Assembly: GCA_036274475.1 (NCBI GenBank)
Contig: DASUFO010000054.1
Location: 3,420-67,419 of the forward strand
Source of the DNA: Candidatus Limnocylindrales bacterium
GTDB taxonomy: Bacteria; Chloroflexota; Limnocylindria; Limnocylindrales; CSP1-4
Direction: 5' to 3'
DNA: 64,000 nt
Shown: positions 38,577-48,744 of the stretch, piece by piece
How the letters are laid out: each line of letters starts with the position of its first letter
Position numbering within the stretch: the first letter of the stretch is position 1
Notes under the pieces: model-generated
Seen by the model: only the letters and a program-made list of their open reading frames with translations
Database searches by the model: none
What the model was told of the DNA's origin: nothing
Program-made: the position numbers and the translations under genes

Positions 38577-38655
38577 CCAACCCCGCCCGGGAACGGGTCG
38601 CCCGCCTTCCGGTGGAAGGCGGGCGACGTCATGGCGCTGGTTCCGGCTCGGGTCG

Positions 38656-39993
38656 TCAGGATGGCGGGCCCTGGAGCTCGGCGGCCGCGCGGTCCGTCGG
38701 CCAGACGACGACCCATTCGTCGCCCTGAATCTGCTTGATCAGCTGGTCCGGCGGCCAGAAGTTGTTGTTCGCCGGGTCGAACGTGAGGTGCCCGAGGAAC
38801 GTCGTGTCCGCCCCGGACGCATGGAGCGCGTCGCAGATCGCCTCATGGTCGAGCGAACCGGCGGCGGTGACGCCCGCGACGAGGATCTCCCAGGCCGTCC
38901 ACGAGGCCGTCGCCTGCGTCTCCCAGGTCGTGTACGGCAGTCCTTCCGCGGTCGCGTTCGCCTCGTATGTCTCGACGATCGCCTGGACGTCCGGCCCGGC
39001 CGCCTCGAGGAGCGGCTCGTTGGCCTCGAACAGGGAGATCGAGAGCGTGCGCTGCGCCGCCTCGCCGACTCCGAGCAGCGGCCCGGGTGCCGGGAACAGG
39101 CTGAACAGGTTCGGCGGCGAGTAGTCGAGCTGCTCGAAGGCCTGGATGAGGTTGACCGTGTCGACGCCGATCGCGCTGTTGAACACGAAGTCGGGGTTCG
39201 CGTCGCGGACCTGGGCCGCGATCGGCGCCCATTCCGTGGTCGTCGGCGGGTACGGGATCTCGGCAACCACGTCGAGGCCGCGAGCCTTGGCGACGTTGGC
39301 GACGCTCGGGTCGTTCGGATCGTCGGCGATGCCGTTCGCGACGAAGTCCGTGGAGCCGTTCTGGTTGGCGACGACCGCGATCGTCTTGGGCGGCGTGTCG
39401 AGGCTCTCGAGGGCATCGAGAACCAGGCCGGGGACATACTCGTTTGGGGTCGTCCCGATCGACCACGCCGGGAACTGGCATTCGTACGTCAGGAGTGGCG
39501 CGATCACGGCGGTGTGCTGCGGCATCACGTATCCGAAGCGCTCCGCGACGGCCATCGCCGGCAGGATGTTGGGCGTGCCGTACGGGCCCATGATCAGGTC
39601 GACCTGGTCCTGCGAGATGAGTCGCTCGTAGGACTGGGTGACCTTCGCGCCGTCCGACTCGTCGTCGAGGAGCGTCCACTCGACGGGCCGGCCGAGAAGG
39701 CCGCCGCGCTTGGTATTCAACTCCTCGACGAACTGCTCGCCGACGAGCCGATGGATGACGCCAGTCGCGCCGAACGCGCCGGTCAGCGACAGCGTCGAGC
39801 CGACGACGATCGGCTCGCCCGACGGTGGCGCGACCGCCGGGGCCGATGCCGCTCCGGAGGCAGTCGGGCTGCCGGGCGGAGTGGCGGCCGGTTCCGAGGG
39901 CGGGGCCGCCGATGGCGACGCTGCGGGCGAGCAGGCGGCGAGCAGCACGGTCATCATCACCGCGCCGAGCCGCCTGGTGGACACGAGCTTCAC
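38656..39993 (-). CDS. Branched-chain amino acid ABC transporter substrate-binding lipoprotein (LivK/LivJ-like)
   Basis: GTG start preceded by GGAGGAGG. Lipobox LLAACS. Pro/Ala/Ser linker. Type I periplasmic-binding fold. Confidence 0.85.
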   Translation of the reverse strand: MKLVSTRRLGAVMMTVLLAACSPAASPSAAPPSEPAATPPGSPTASGAASAPAVAPPSGEPIVVGSTLSLTGAFGATGVIHRLVGEQFVEELNTKRGGLLGRPVEWTLLDDESDGAKVTQSYERLISQDQVDLIMGPYGTPNILPAMAVAERFGYVMPQHTAVIAPLLTYECQFPAWSIGTTPNEYVPGLVLDALESLDTPPKTIAVVANQNGSTDFVANGIADDPNDPSVANVAKARGLDVVAEIPYPPTTTEWAPIAAQVRDANPDFVFNSAIGVDTVNLIQAFEQLDYSPPNLFSLFPAPGPLLGVGEAAQRTLSISLFEANEPLLEAAGPDVQAIVETYEANATAEGLPYTTWETQATASWTAWEILVAGVTAAGSLDHEAICDALHASGADTTFLGHLTFDPANNNFWPPDQLIKQIQGDEWVVVWPTDRAAAELQGPPS

Positions 39994-40300
39994 CTGTCAC
40001 CTCCTCCGATGAACAGCGAGCACCGAGTCTTTGGGGCTCCGGACCGTCGTCCCGTGGAGAGCGGAAGTTCAGACCGGCGTTCGCCGCACGACGCTCTGGA
40101 CGCTTGTCCGCGACGTGTGCAACGATGTTGAACAAACGTAGAGCAGGCCTGAATGTAGTGTCAAGGTAAGCGCGACGCCTATGGCCGCGTTACCCTGAGC
40201 CACCCTGGCCTTCCGCCCGGTCCCACATCGGCCGGGGTCGCGAGCAACGAGCCGGACAGCACGGAGCGGATCGTTGAGGTCATTCGCATCACCCGGGTCG

Positions 40301-41509
40301 ATGAACGTCGACTGGGAGGAACGCTGGAACGTCGATCGCCTTCGGACCTATCGCCTTGGGCGAGCCCGGGACGCCCTCGCCGCCTCTGACGTCGGGGCAC
40401 TCCTCTGCTTCGACTTCAACAACATCCGCTACGTGACCAGCACCCACATCGGGGAGTGGGCCCGCGACAAGATGACCCGCTACGCGCTGCTGACCCGTGG
40501 CGGAGACCCGCACATCTGGGACTTCGGCTCGGCAGCCCGCCACCACCGGCTCAACTGCCCGTGGCTGCGTGAGGAAAACATCCACGCCGGGATGATCGGT
40601 CTGCGGGGTGCGGTCGCCCCGGACGCGGGCTTGTTCCGGAGCGCCGCCCGCGAGATCGCCGCGATCCTCAAGGCCGAGGGCGTCGCCGACCTGCCGATCG
40701 GCGTCGACGTCGTCGAGCCGCCGATGCTCGCGGCCCTCGAGGCCGAGGGCGTCGCGGTCCGCGACGGGCAGCAGATCATGCTGAACGCCCGCGAGGTGAA
40801 GTCGATCGACGAGATCATCCTGCTGAACACGGCGTGCGCGATGGTCGACGGCGCGTATCAGTACATCGCGGAGCACCTCAAGCCAGGCGTCCGCGAAAGC
40901 GAACTCGTGGCCGACGTCACAAAGGTCCTGTTCGACCTCGGCTCGGAGCACGTCGACAACATCAACGCCGTATCGGGCGAGCGCTGCTCACCGCATCCGC
41001 ATGTCTTCAGCGATCGGATCATCCGCCCCGGCGACCAGGCGTTCTTCGACATCATCCAGACCTTCGTCGGCTACAAGACCTGCTACTACCGGACGTTCAC
41101 GGTCGGCACCGCCAGCGACGCCCAGCGCGACGCCTACAAGAAGGCCCGCGAGTGGATCGACGCGTCGATCGAGCTGATGCGCCCGGGCGTCGGCACGGAC
41201 GAGGTCGCGAAGGTCTGGCCGAAGGCCGAGGAGTTCGGCTTCTCGAGCGAGATGGAGTGCTTCGGGCTGCAATTCGGCCACAGCGTCGGCCTGTTCCTCC
41301 ACGAGCGCCCGATCATCAGCCGGCTGAACTCGCTCGACCACCCGGTCGAGATCAAGGAGGGCATGGTCATCGCGCTCGAAACGTACTGCCCGGCGAAGGA
41401 TGGCTACTCCGCCGCCCGGATCGAGGAGGAGGTCGTCGTCACGGCCGACGGCCCGCAGGTCATCACCCGCTTCCCGTCCCAGGAGCTGTTTGTGGCGAAC
41501 GCGTACTGA
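40301..41509 (+). CDS. M24 family hydrolase with a creatinase_N-type N-terminal domain (creatinase / ectoine hydrolase / Xaa-Pro peptidase-like)
   Basis: MNVDWEERWNVDRLRTYRLGRARDAL… is a creatinase_N-like domain. The C-terminal pita-bread fold has metal ligands (…HSVGLFLHE…). Confidence 0.75.
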   Translation: MNVDWEERWNVDRLRTYRLGRARDALAASDVGALLCFDFNNIRYVTSTHIGEWARDKMTRYALLTRGGDPHIWDFGSAARHHRLNCPWLREENIHAGMIGLRGAVAPDAGLFRSAAREIAAILKAEGVADLPIGVDVVEPPMLAALEAEGVAVRDGQQIMLNAREVKSIDEIILLNTACAMVDGAYQYIAEHLKPGVRESELVADVTKVLFDLGSEHVDNINAVSGERCSPHPHVFSDRIIRPGDQAFFDIIQTFVGYKTCYYRTFTVGTASDAQRDAYKKAREWIDASIELMRPGVGTDEVAKVWPKAEEFGFSSEMECFGLQFGHSVGLFLHERPIISRLNSLDHPVEIKEGMVIALETYCPAKDGYSAARIEEEVVVTADGPQVITRFPSQELFVANAY

Positions 41510-42510
41510 TGGCGACAGCAGTCGCGCCCGACACGGACACCCGCATCGCGCTCTACCGCACGATGCAGGAGTGCCGCCTCTTCGAGGCTCGCGCCCAGGA
41601 GCTGTTCTTCGAAGGGCTGGTCCGCGGGACGACCCATCTCGGCGTCGGGCAGGAGGCGGTCGCCGCCGGGTTCGCGGCGGCGATGAACGAGGACGACTAC
41701 ACGTTCGCGACGTACCGCGGCCACAACCACGCGTTGTCGCGCGGGGCCCCGATGGGCCCGCTCTACGCGGAGCTGTTCGGCCGGGCGAACGGGCTGATGG
41801 GCGGCAAGGGCGGCTCGATGCACATCACCGACGTGAGCCACCACATGATGGGTTCGTACGCGATCGTCGGCGCACACCTGCCGATTGCGCTCGGAGCGGC
41901 GTGGAGCGCCCAGTACCGCAAGTCCGGCCAGGTGTCGGTGTGCTTCTTCGGCGACGGGACGATGAACATCGGGGCGTTCCACGAGGCGCTGAACATGGCG
42001 GTCGTCTGGAAGGCGCCCGTCGTGTTCGTCTGCGAGAACAACCAGTACATGGAGTACACGCCGATCGGCGCGGTGACCGCGGTCGAGCGCCCGGCCGCGG
42101 ACCGGGCGGCGGCGTACGGGCTGGAGCCGATCGTCGTCGACGGCAACGACGTCGAGGCGGTGTTCGAGGTGGCGTCGCGCGTGATCGCGCGGGCCCGTGC
42201 CGGCGAGGGACCCTCGCTCGTCGAGGCAGTCACGTATCGCCACGGCGGCCACTCCCGGGCGGATCCCGGCAAGTACCGGCCGGACGAGGAGGTCGAGGCG
42301 TGGAAGGCGCGCGACCCGATCCCGGCCCAACGGTCGCGCCTGCTGGCCGCGGGCGTCGACGAGAAGGCGCTTGACGCGATCGACGAGGAGGTCAAGGCGA
42401 AGGTCGCCGAGGCGGAAGCGTTCGCCCGGGGCGGACCGGAACCATCCCCGGAGGTCATCGAGTCGCAGGTCTGGGCCAATGGCGGCTCGTCGTGGAGGTC
42501 GGATCGCTAG
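41509..42510 (+). CDS. TPP-dependent 2-oxoacid dehydrogenase E1 component, alpha subunit
   Basis: ATG overlaps the previous TGA. TPP motif …GDGTMNIGAFHEALNMAVVW…VVFVCENNQY…. Confidence 0.85.
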   Translation: MATAVAPDTDTRIALYRTMQECRLFEARAQELFFEGLVRGTTHLGVGQEAVAAGFAAAMNEDDYTFATYRGHNHALSRGAPMGPLYAELFGRANGLMGGKGGSMHITDVSHHMMGSYAIVGAHLPIALGAAWSAQYRKSGQVSVCFFGDGTMNIGAFHEALNMAVVWKAPVVFVCENNQYMEYTPIGAVTAVERPAADRAAAYGLEPIVVDGNDVEAVFEVASRVIARARAGEGPSLVEAVTYRHGGHSRADPGKYRPDEEVEAWKARDPIPAQRSRLLAAGVDEKALDAIDEEVKAKVAEAEAFARGGPEPSPEVIESQVWANGGSSWRSDR

Positions 42511-43497
42511 ATGCCCGAGACGACCTATCGGCAGGCAGTCGCGATGGGCATCGCCCAGGAGATGGAGCGCGATCCCTCGGTCGTCCTCGTCGGGGAGGAC
42601 GTCGGTGCCGCCGGCGGCGTGTTCAAGCTCACCGAGGGCCTGTTCGACAAATTCGGGCCGGAACGGGTCGTCGACACGCCGATCAGCGAGCAGGCGATCG
42701 TCGGCGCCGCGATGGGCGCAGCGATGACCGGCCTCCGGCCCGTGGCGGAGCTGATGTTCAGCGACTTCTTCGCCGTGACCTGGGACATGGTCGCAAACCA
42801 GATCGCGAAGACCCGCTACATGACCGACGGCCAGGTCTCGATCCCGCTCGTGCTCCGGACCGCGAACGGCGCGGGGCTACGGTTCGGCGCGCAGCACTCG
42901 CAGAGCATCGAGAACTGGGCGATGGCGATCCCCGGCCTGAAGGTCGTCGCGCCCTCGACCCCGGCCGATGTCGTCGGACTGATGGCGGCCGCGATTCGCG
43001 ACCCCGACCCGGTCGTGTTCTGCGAGCACAAGGGGTTGTTCGCGACCAAGGGCGAGGTGCCCGACGGCGAGCAGTTCGTGCCTCTTGGTCAGGCCGCGGT
43101 ACTCCGCGAAGGCTCGGACGTGACGATCCTCGCGGTCGCGGCGATGGTCCCCCGCGCCGTCGAGGCGGCGGAGCGACTCCAGGCCGACCACGGCATCGAC
43201 GCCGAGGTGATCGACCTGAGAACGCTCGTCCCGCTCGACGTCGCCTCGATCCTGAAGTCCGTCGAGAAGACGAGCCGCGTCTTCACAGTCGAGGAGAACC
43301 CACGTCTCTGCGGCTGGGGCGCCGAGGTCGCCTCGATCGTCGCCGACGAGGGCTTCTACTCCCTCGACGCCCCGATCGTTCGGATTACCACTCCCCACGT
43401 CCCGCTGCCGAGCGCCGCCGCCCTCGAGGACGCCGCGATTCCCACGGTCGACCGCATCGTCGACACCGTCCAGCGCCGGCTCGAGGAGGCGAAGTGA
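42511..43497 (+). CDS. 2-oxoacid dehydrogenase E1 component, beta subunit
   Basis: 328-aa transketolase-like pyrimidine-binding domain plus a C-terminal domain. Starts 1 nt after the alpha stop. Confidence 0.9.
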   Translation: MPETTYRQAVAMGIAQEMERDPSVVLVGEDVGAAGGVFKLTEGLFDKFGPERVVDTPISEQAIVGAAMGAAMTGLRPVAELMFSDFFAVTWDMVANQIAKTRYMTDGQVSIPLVLRTANGAGLRFGAQHSQSIENWAMAIPGLKVVAPSTPADVVGLMAAAIRDPDPVVFCEHKGLFATKGEVPDGEQFVPLGQAAVLREGSDVTILAVAAMVPRAVEAAERLQADHGIDAEVIDLRTLVPLDVASILKSVEKTSRVFTVEENPRLCGWGAEVASIVADEGFYSLDAPIVRITTPHVPLPSAAALEDAAIPTVDRIVDTVQRRLEEAK

Positions 43498-44390
43498 CGC
43501 TCGTCGGTGTCGTCGGGACCGGCCGGATGGGCTCCGCGATGACCAAGGCGCTCCGCGAAGCCGGCCATGAGGTCACGCTCTTCAATCGAACCCCCCAACG
43601 CGCGACGGCGCTTGCGAACCTGCTTGGTTGCGAGGTCTGCGCCTCGCCCGCGGAGGTCGCCGCCAAGGCCGCCATCGTCCTGACGATGCTCGCCGACGAC
43701 GCCGCGGTCCTCGAGAGCTGGCGCGGCCCGAGAGGCCTGATCGCGGGCGCCCGCCCAGGGACGGTCCTCGTCGACCTGAGCACGGTGACGCCGAACACGA
43801 TTCGCGACCTCGAAGCCGACACCCGCGCGAAGGGCGCCGGCATCCTCGACTCGCCCGTCTCGGGCAGCGTGACGCTCGCGGAATCCGGTCAGCTGACGCT
43901 GATGGTCGGCGGGACGGCGGAGGACCTCGACAAGGCCCGCCCCGCGCTGGAGCCGCTCGCGAAGACGATCGTCCACGTCGGCCCGCTCGGCACGGGCGCC
44001 GCGATGAAGCTCGCCGTGAACACCGTGATCTTCGGCCTGAACGGGGCGGTCGCAGAGGGGCTGACGCTCGCAGAGGCTGCCGGCGTCGACCGCCAGATGG
44101 CCTACGACGTCATCGCCGCCAGCGCCGTCGGCGCCCCGTACGTCCAGTACAAGCGCGCCGCGTTCCTCGACCCCGAGGGAACGCCAACCGCGTTCTCCCT
44201 CGACCTGGCGGCCAAGGATCTCGGCCTCATCGAGAACCTCGCCGAGCGCGTCGGGCTCGGCATGCCCCAGTCGACGGTCAACCTCGAGGTCATCCGTCGA
44301 GCGTCAGCGGACCTCGGCGGCGAATCGGACTTCTCCAGGGTCGCAGATCACCTGCGAAGGAAGACACACGCCGGAGTGGGAGGGGCGTAG
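43494..44390 (+). CDS. NAD(P)-dependent 3-hydroxyisobutyrate dehydrogenase-like oxidoreductase (HIBADH family)
   Basis: GTG overlaps the E1-beta TGA (GTGA). Rossmann motif VGVVGTGRMGSAM. C-terminal 6PGDH-like domain. Confidence 0.8.
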   Translation: MTLVGVVGTGRMGSAMTKALREAGHEVTLFNRTPQRATALANLLGCEVCASPAEVAAKAAIVLTMLADDAAVLESWRGPRGLIAGARPGTVLVDLSTVTPNTIRDLEADTRAKGAGILDSPVSGSVTLAESGQLTLMVGGTAEDLDKARPALEPLAKTIVHVGPLGTGAAMKLAVNTVIFGLNGAVAEGLTLAEAAGVDRQMAYDVIAASAVGAPYVQYKRAAFLDPEGTPTAFSLDLAAKDLGLIENLAERVGLGMPQSTVNLEVIRRASADLGGESDFSRVADHLRRKTHAGVGGA

Positions 44391-44447
44391 CAACCGGAGA
44401 CACGACCAGGCAGGATCAGGGGCAGAGCAACGAGAAGGGAGTGAATC

Positions 44448-45851
44448 GTGGCCGAACGGAAGCTGATCAAGGGCGGCATCGTCCTCACCCAGGACCCGAC
44501 GCTGGGCGAGCTGCCGAGCGCCGACATCCTCATCGAGGACGACAAGATCGTCGAGGTTGGTCGGAACCTGAGCGCCGCCGATGCCCAGGTGATCGATGCG
44601 ACCGGCGACGTCGTGATCCCGGGCTTCATCGACACCCACCGCCACACGTGGGAGACGTCCATCCGGACGTCCGCTCCGGACTACGCGCTGATCACCTACT
44701 TCGGCTCGATCCTCGACAAGTTCGCCCCCCACTACCGCCCCGACGACGTCTACGCCGGCAACCTCTGGGGCGCGCTCGAGTGCATCAACGCGGGGATCAC
44801 GACGCTCGTCGACTGGTCGCACATCATCAACACGCCCGACCACGCCGACGCCGGGATCCAGGGCCTCCAGGAGTCGAAGCTGCGATCGGTCTACGCCTAC
44901 GGCTTCGGCAACACCTCGCTCGTCGACTGGTGGTTCGGACCTGACTACCAGGGCAGCGTCCTGACCTCGGACGGCCCGGACGCGCGACGGATCCGCAAGC
45001 AGTACTTCAGCTCCGACGACCAGCTCATCACGATGTCGCTCGCGACTCGTGGCCCCAACTTCTGCAAGCCCGAAGTCGTCCAGCACGACTGGGCGCTCGC
45101 GGACGAGCTGGGGCTGAACATCACCGTCCACGTCGCGATGGACCGCTTCGGCTACACGAAGATGCAGGTCATCGGGCTCCGCGACATGAACCTGCTCCGC
45201 CCGAACACGACCTACATCCACGCCTCGCACTTCACCGACGAGGAATGGGCGCTCGTCCGCGATTCGGGCGGCAACGTCTCGTTCGCGCCGCAGATCGAGG
45301 TCCAGATGGGCCACGGCTGGGCGCCGGCGGTCACCGCGCTCGAGCACGGCATCCCGATCGGCCTGTCGTCGGACGTCGCGACCACCGCGTCGGCGGACCA
45401 GTTCACGCAGATGCACTCGATCCTCGGCACGGAGCGCGGTCGCAAGCACCAGGAGGCGTGGGACGCCGACCTCGACGGCCTCGAGGCGTCACCCGGGCTC
45501 ATCACGTCGCGCCAGGTGCTCGAGTGGGCGACGCTCGGCGGCGCGAAGGTCGCCGGCATCGAGGACCGGACCGGCTCGATCACGCCCGGCAAGAAGGCCG
45601 ACATCGTCATCATCGATGGTCAGGCGGTGAACGTCGCCCCGATCATCGATCCCGTCGGGGCGGTCGTCTGCGCGGCCGACATCTCGAACGTCAAGACCGT
45701 GATGATCGACGGCGAGATCCTCAAGCAGGACTTCAAGCTGGTCGCGTCGCTCACCGAGCCGCGCAAGGCGGTCGAGGCGTCGAAGGACTACCTGCTCTCG
45801 AAGTTCGGCGAGCCCGATCCGGGCTGGCTCCCGGTCGGCGCCACCGCGTAG
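44448..45851 (+). CDS. Amidohydrolase superfamily protein (cytosine/guanine deaminase or chlorohydrolase-like)
   Basis: GTG after GGGAG. PGFIDTHRHTWET is the metal-binding HxH motif. …HVAMD…, …HASH… and …SSDVATT… complete a TIM-barrel amidohydrolase. Confidence 0.8.
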   Translation: MAERKLIKGGIVLTQDPTLGELPSADILIEDDKIVEVGRNLSAADAQVIDATGDVVIPGFIDTHRHTWETSIRTSAPDYALITYFGSILDKFAPHYRPDDVYAGNLWGALECINAGITTLVDWSHIINTPDHADAGIQGLQESKLRSVYAYGFGNTSLVDWWFGPDYQGSVLTSDGPDARRIRKQYFSSDDQLITMSLATRGPNFCKPEVVQHDWALADELGLNITVHVAMDRFGYTKMQVIGLRDMNLLRPNTTYIHASHFTDEEWALVRDSGGNVSFAPQIEVQMGHGWAPAVTALEHGIPIGLSSDVATTASADQFTQMHSILGTERGRKHQEAWDADLDGLEASPGLITSRQVLEWATLGGAKVAGIEDRTGSITPGKKADIVIIDGQAVNVAPIIDPVGAVVCAADISNVKTVMIDGEILKQDFKLVASLTEPRKAVEASKDYLLSKFGEPDPGWLPVGATA

Positions 45852-45916
45852 CGCTCAGCTCGCGCCCCGGCCGGCCGGGCGCCGGCACGAGCCGCTTCCG
45901 AGCATCGACCTGCGCA

Positions 45917-45954
45917 GCCCCGGGCCGGCGTGTACCCCCAGCGCCGGCCCGGGC
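45917..45954. terminator. GC-rich hairpin between convergent genes, putative bidirectional terminator
   Basis: GCCCCGGGCCGGCG-tgtaccccca-GCGCCGGCCCGGGC forms a stem of about 12 bp. Confidence 0.4.
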
Positions 45955-45993
45955 GCAGCGCTCGCGCTCGGAAGGGTTGTTCTCAGTGGGGCG

Positions 45994-47808
45994 TCAGCTG
46001 GCCTGTGCCTCGAAGAGGGCGGCCGCCGGCCGCATCGCCGCGATCTTCCGAAGCGGTCGCGTCGACGGCCGGAGCACGGGCGCTGCTTCCGTTGCGGGCA
46101 GACGCCGGACCGGATCTCCGACGACCTCGGGAAGGCGGATCGTGAACGCCGTTCCGTTCCCGGGGTGTGATTCGACGGAAACGTCGCCACCGGCACGGGC
46201 AGCGAACCCGCTGACCATGGACAGCCCGAGGCCCGACCCCTCGCCGGCCGGCTTCGTGGTGTAGAACGGCTCGAAGATGAGCTCGAGGGCTTCGGCCGGA
46301 ATGCCCGTGCCGGAGTCCCGGACGACGATCTCGACCATCGACTCGCCATCGGCGCCGCCGACCGTCGCCTCGCGTACCGCAATCGAGAGTCGGCCGCCGT
46401 CGGGCATCGCGTCGCGGGCATTGACCGCAAGGTTGATCAGCGCCTGCTCGAGCTGGCTCGCCTCGATCCGGGCGACCATCGGCCGCTCGGCCAGGTCCAG
46501 CTCGACCTCCACGGGTGAGCCGAGCAGCTGGCGGAGCAGCGGCGCGAGATCGCTGACCGTGTCGCGGATGTCGACGGGGCACGGCGCCTCGTCGGAGCGG
46601 CGCCCGACGGCCAGCAGGCGTCGGGTCAACGTCCGGGATCGCTCGACGACTGCGAGGATCTCCGCGGCGTCGCTCCGGACCTGTGGATCCGCCGCGGTCG
46701 CCCGGATCAGCTCGGCGTAGCCGCCAGCGACCGTGAGCGTGTTGTTGAAGTCATGGGCGAGGCCGCTCGCCAGCAGCCCGATCGCTTCCATCTTCTGGGC
46801 CTGGAGGAGCTGGGCCTCGAGCTGGACGCGCTCGGTCACGTCGACCAGCTGACCGGCGACGCCGATCGGACGGCCCCGACGGTCGCGCAGCGGCGCCGCG
46901 TAGATGTCGATCCAGCGCTCCTCGCCGTCCTTCGTCAGCCGCCGCACGCGCTCGCCGGACGTCACGTCGCCGCCCAGCGTCCGCTCGATCCGGGCGCGCG
47001 ACGGGGCGCGCTCCTCGGCCGGCGTCATCTCGATCGGCATCGGGGCACCCAGGACTTCCTCGGCCGTCCAGCCGAAGACCTTCTCGCTGGCCGGGTTCCA
47101 GATCGTGACGTTGCGGTCCATGTCGAAGGCCTGCGTCGCGACCGGCGACGACTGGATGAGCGCGGACAGGATCTCCGAGGTTCGATCGAGCTCCGCTTCG
47201 GCGCGGTCGCGGGCCGTGATCTCGCCTTCCGCAAGGGCGAGCGCAGCAAAGAGCCGGCGGTTCGCCCGCCACTGGAGCGCAAGGCCGAAGACGACGATCG
47301 TGGCAAAGCCGAACACCGGCACGAGCGGCGGCATCTCGACGAACAGGGCGCGGGCAGGACCGACGACGACGGCGGCTGCGACCCCGGCGACCGCGGCGAA
47401 GCCGGCCGCCACGAGCGCGCCGATCATCTGGCGGCCGCGGAGCTGGGGCTGGACGAGGCCAACGCCGACGATCGGCAGGACGACCGCGAACGCGAGTCCC
47501 ACGGATGCGAAGCAGGCAGCGAGGATCGCCTCGACGTTCAGGCCGAACGCGGCGGCGCGCATGAACAGCGGCCGGGTCCGACCGAGGAGGACGAAGGCGC
47601 CAACGATCGCGGGAACGACGACGGTCGTCAGGAGCTCGCCTGCCGATGGCGTCCGATCGGCGATCGTGGCGCCGAGGCCGGCGACGATGGCGGCCACGGG
47701 CGCAAGCCAGAGGATTGCCCGGATGACCGGGCCGTCAGTCTGGGCAGTGGCAGTCGGAGGACGGAGACCTGCTGCGCCCGGGCCAGGGCGCTCTTCGGAC
47801 TGGGACAT
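45994..47808 (-). CDS. PAS-domain sensor histidine kinase (HisKA plus HATPase_c), membrane-anchored
   Basis: 604 aa. N-terminal TM helices. PAS region (…[32 protein letters not shown]…). H-box [12 protein letters not shown]-box and G-boxes (…[11 protein letters not shown]…DSGTGI…GSGLGLSMV…). Confidence 0.85.
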   Translation of the reverse strand: MSQSEERPGPGAAGLRPPTATAQTDGPVIRAILWLAPVAAIVAGLGATIADRTPSAGELLTTVVVPAIVGAFVLLGRTRPLFMRAAAFGLNVEAILAACFASVGLAFAVVLPIVGVGLVQPQLRGRQMIGALVAAGFAAVAGVAAAVVVGPARALFVEMPPLVPVFGFATIVVFGLALQWRANRRLFAALALAEGEITARDRAEAELDRTSEILSALIQSSPVATQAFDMDRNVTIWNPASEKVFGWTAEEVLGAPMPIEMTPAEERAPSRARIERTLGGDVTSGERVRRLTKDGEERWIDIYAAPLRDRRGRPIGVAGQLVDVTERVQLEAQLLQAQKMEAIGLLASGLAHDFNNTLTVAGGYAELIRATAADPQVRSDAAEILAVVERSRTLTRRLLAVGRRSDEAPCPVDIRDTVSDLAPLLRQLLGSPVEVELDLAERPMVARIEASQLEQALINLAVNARDAMPDGGRLSIAVREATVGGADGESMVEIVVRDSGTGIPAEALELIFEPFYTTKPAGEGSGLGLSMVSGFAARAGGDVSVESHPGNGTAFTIRLPEVVGDPVRRLPATEAAPVLRPSTRPLRKIAAMRPAAALFEAQAS

Positions 47809-47887
47809 GAAGAACGAGGATCCCCCACGGTGGTCAGGTGTCGCGCTTCAGTAAAGCGGTTTACTTGCACGAACAGTACGGGATTTT

Positions 47888-47907
47888 GATACTAGCTGTC
47901 TAGTATC
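47888..47907. promoter_or_regulatory. Perfect 8-4-8 inverted repeat in the AT-rich divergent promoter region upstream of the TetR gene, putative TetR operator
   Basis: GATACTAG-ctgt-CTAGTATC, located 36 nt upstream of the TetR start. Confidence 0.4.
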
Positions 47908-47942
47908 GTTAAGGTGAACGATTCTTTGTCGGGTACGAGACA

Positions 47943-48560
47943 GTGACGATGTCGAGCGGTGAACAGCTGAACTCCGGGGCGAGGGGCCGGCCCCGGGACG
48001 CCGAAGCGGATACGCGGATCATCCAGGCGTGCGTCGAGCTGCTCATGGAGGTCGGCGCGGAAGGCACGACGATGAGCGCGGTTATCGAACGGTCAGGCGT
48101 CGCCCGGGCGACCGTCTATCGACGCTGGCCGAACCGCGAGTCGCTGCTCATCGCGGCGCTGCGCGAGCTCAAGGGCCGCGGCCCCGTGCCATTCAGCGGC
48201 GATCTGGAGACGGACATCGCGCGGAGCGCCGAACAGGCACGCCAGATCCTCGGCGAGGAACGGTTTCGCTCGATCCTGCCGCTGCTCGCCCGGGACCTCG
48301 TCGAGCGGCCCGGCCGGCGGCGTCGGGCGGAGGGCTCGGCGACGTTCCACCGGGTCGCCCCGAACTACGCCCGCCTCGCCGAGACGTACGACCGTCTGGC
48401 CGAGGAGTCGGGGATGCGCGACGACGTCGACGGGGAGCTGGTCGCGGACGTGATCATCGGCGCCCAGCTGGCGCGGCTCCTGGCGACCGGCCGGCCGCCG
48501 TCGAAGGCGATGACCGATCAGCTCGTCGAGCTGGTGCTGGCGGGGCTCCGGGCCTCCTAG
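47943..48560 (+). CDS. TetR family transcriptional regulator
   Basis: N-terminal HTH …DTRIIQACVELLMEVGAEGTTMSAVIERSGVARATVYRRWPNRESLL…. Confidence 0.85.
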   Translation: MTMSSGEQLNSGARGRPRDAEADTRIIQACVELLMEVGAEGTTMSAVIERSGVARATVYRRWPNRESLLIAALRELKGRGPVPFSGDLETDIARSAEQARQILGEERFRSILPLLARDLVERPGRRRRAEGSATFHRVAPNYARLAETYDRLAEESGMRDDVDGELVADVIIGAQLARLLATGRPPSKAMTDQLVELVLAGLRAS

Positions 48561-48744
48561 CGCAGCGGTGGCTCGCACCCCACGATTCCGAGCCCAGACC
48601 TGCCGTGTGTCGCCTCTCGGTGCGCTACTCCCCCAGCGTGGGCCCGGAGCCCACAGGCGTGCGCGAAGCGCAGCTCGCGGTCGCCTTTCGGGCGGAATCG
48701 TGGGTGGCAGCCACCGCCCGAGCGGCGGCGCGCGGAGGCCCCGA

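Noticed and set aside
40834-41508. Long upstream extensions of the E1-alpha ORF (track ORF 40834-42510) and of the E1-beta ORF (track ORF 42492-44390)
   Set aside because: The extensions overlap the preceding genes in-frame by chance, have biased composition, and bypass perfectly placed coupled start codons (TGATG and GTGA junctions).
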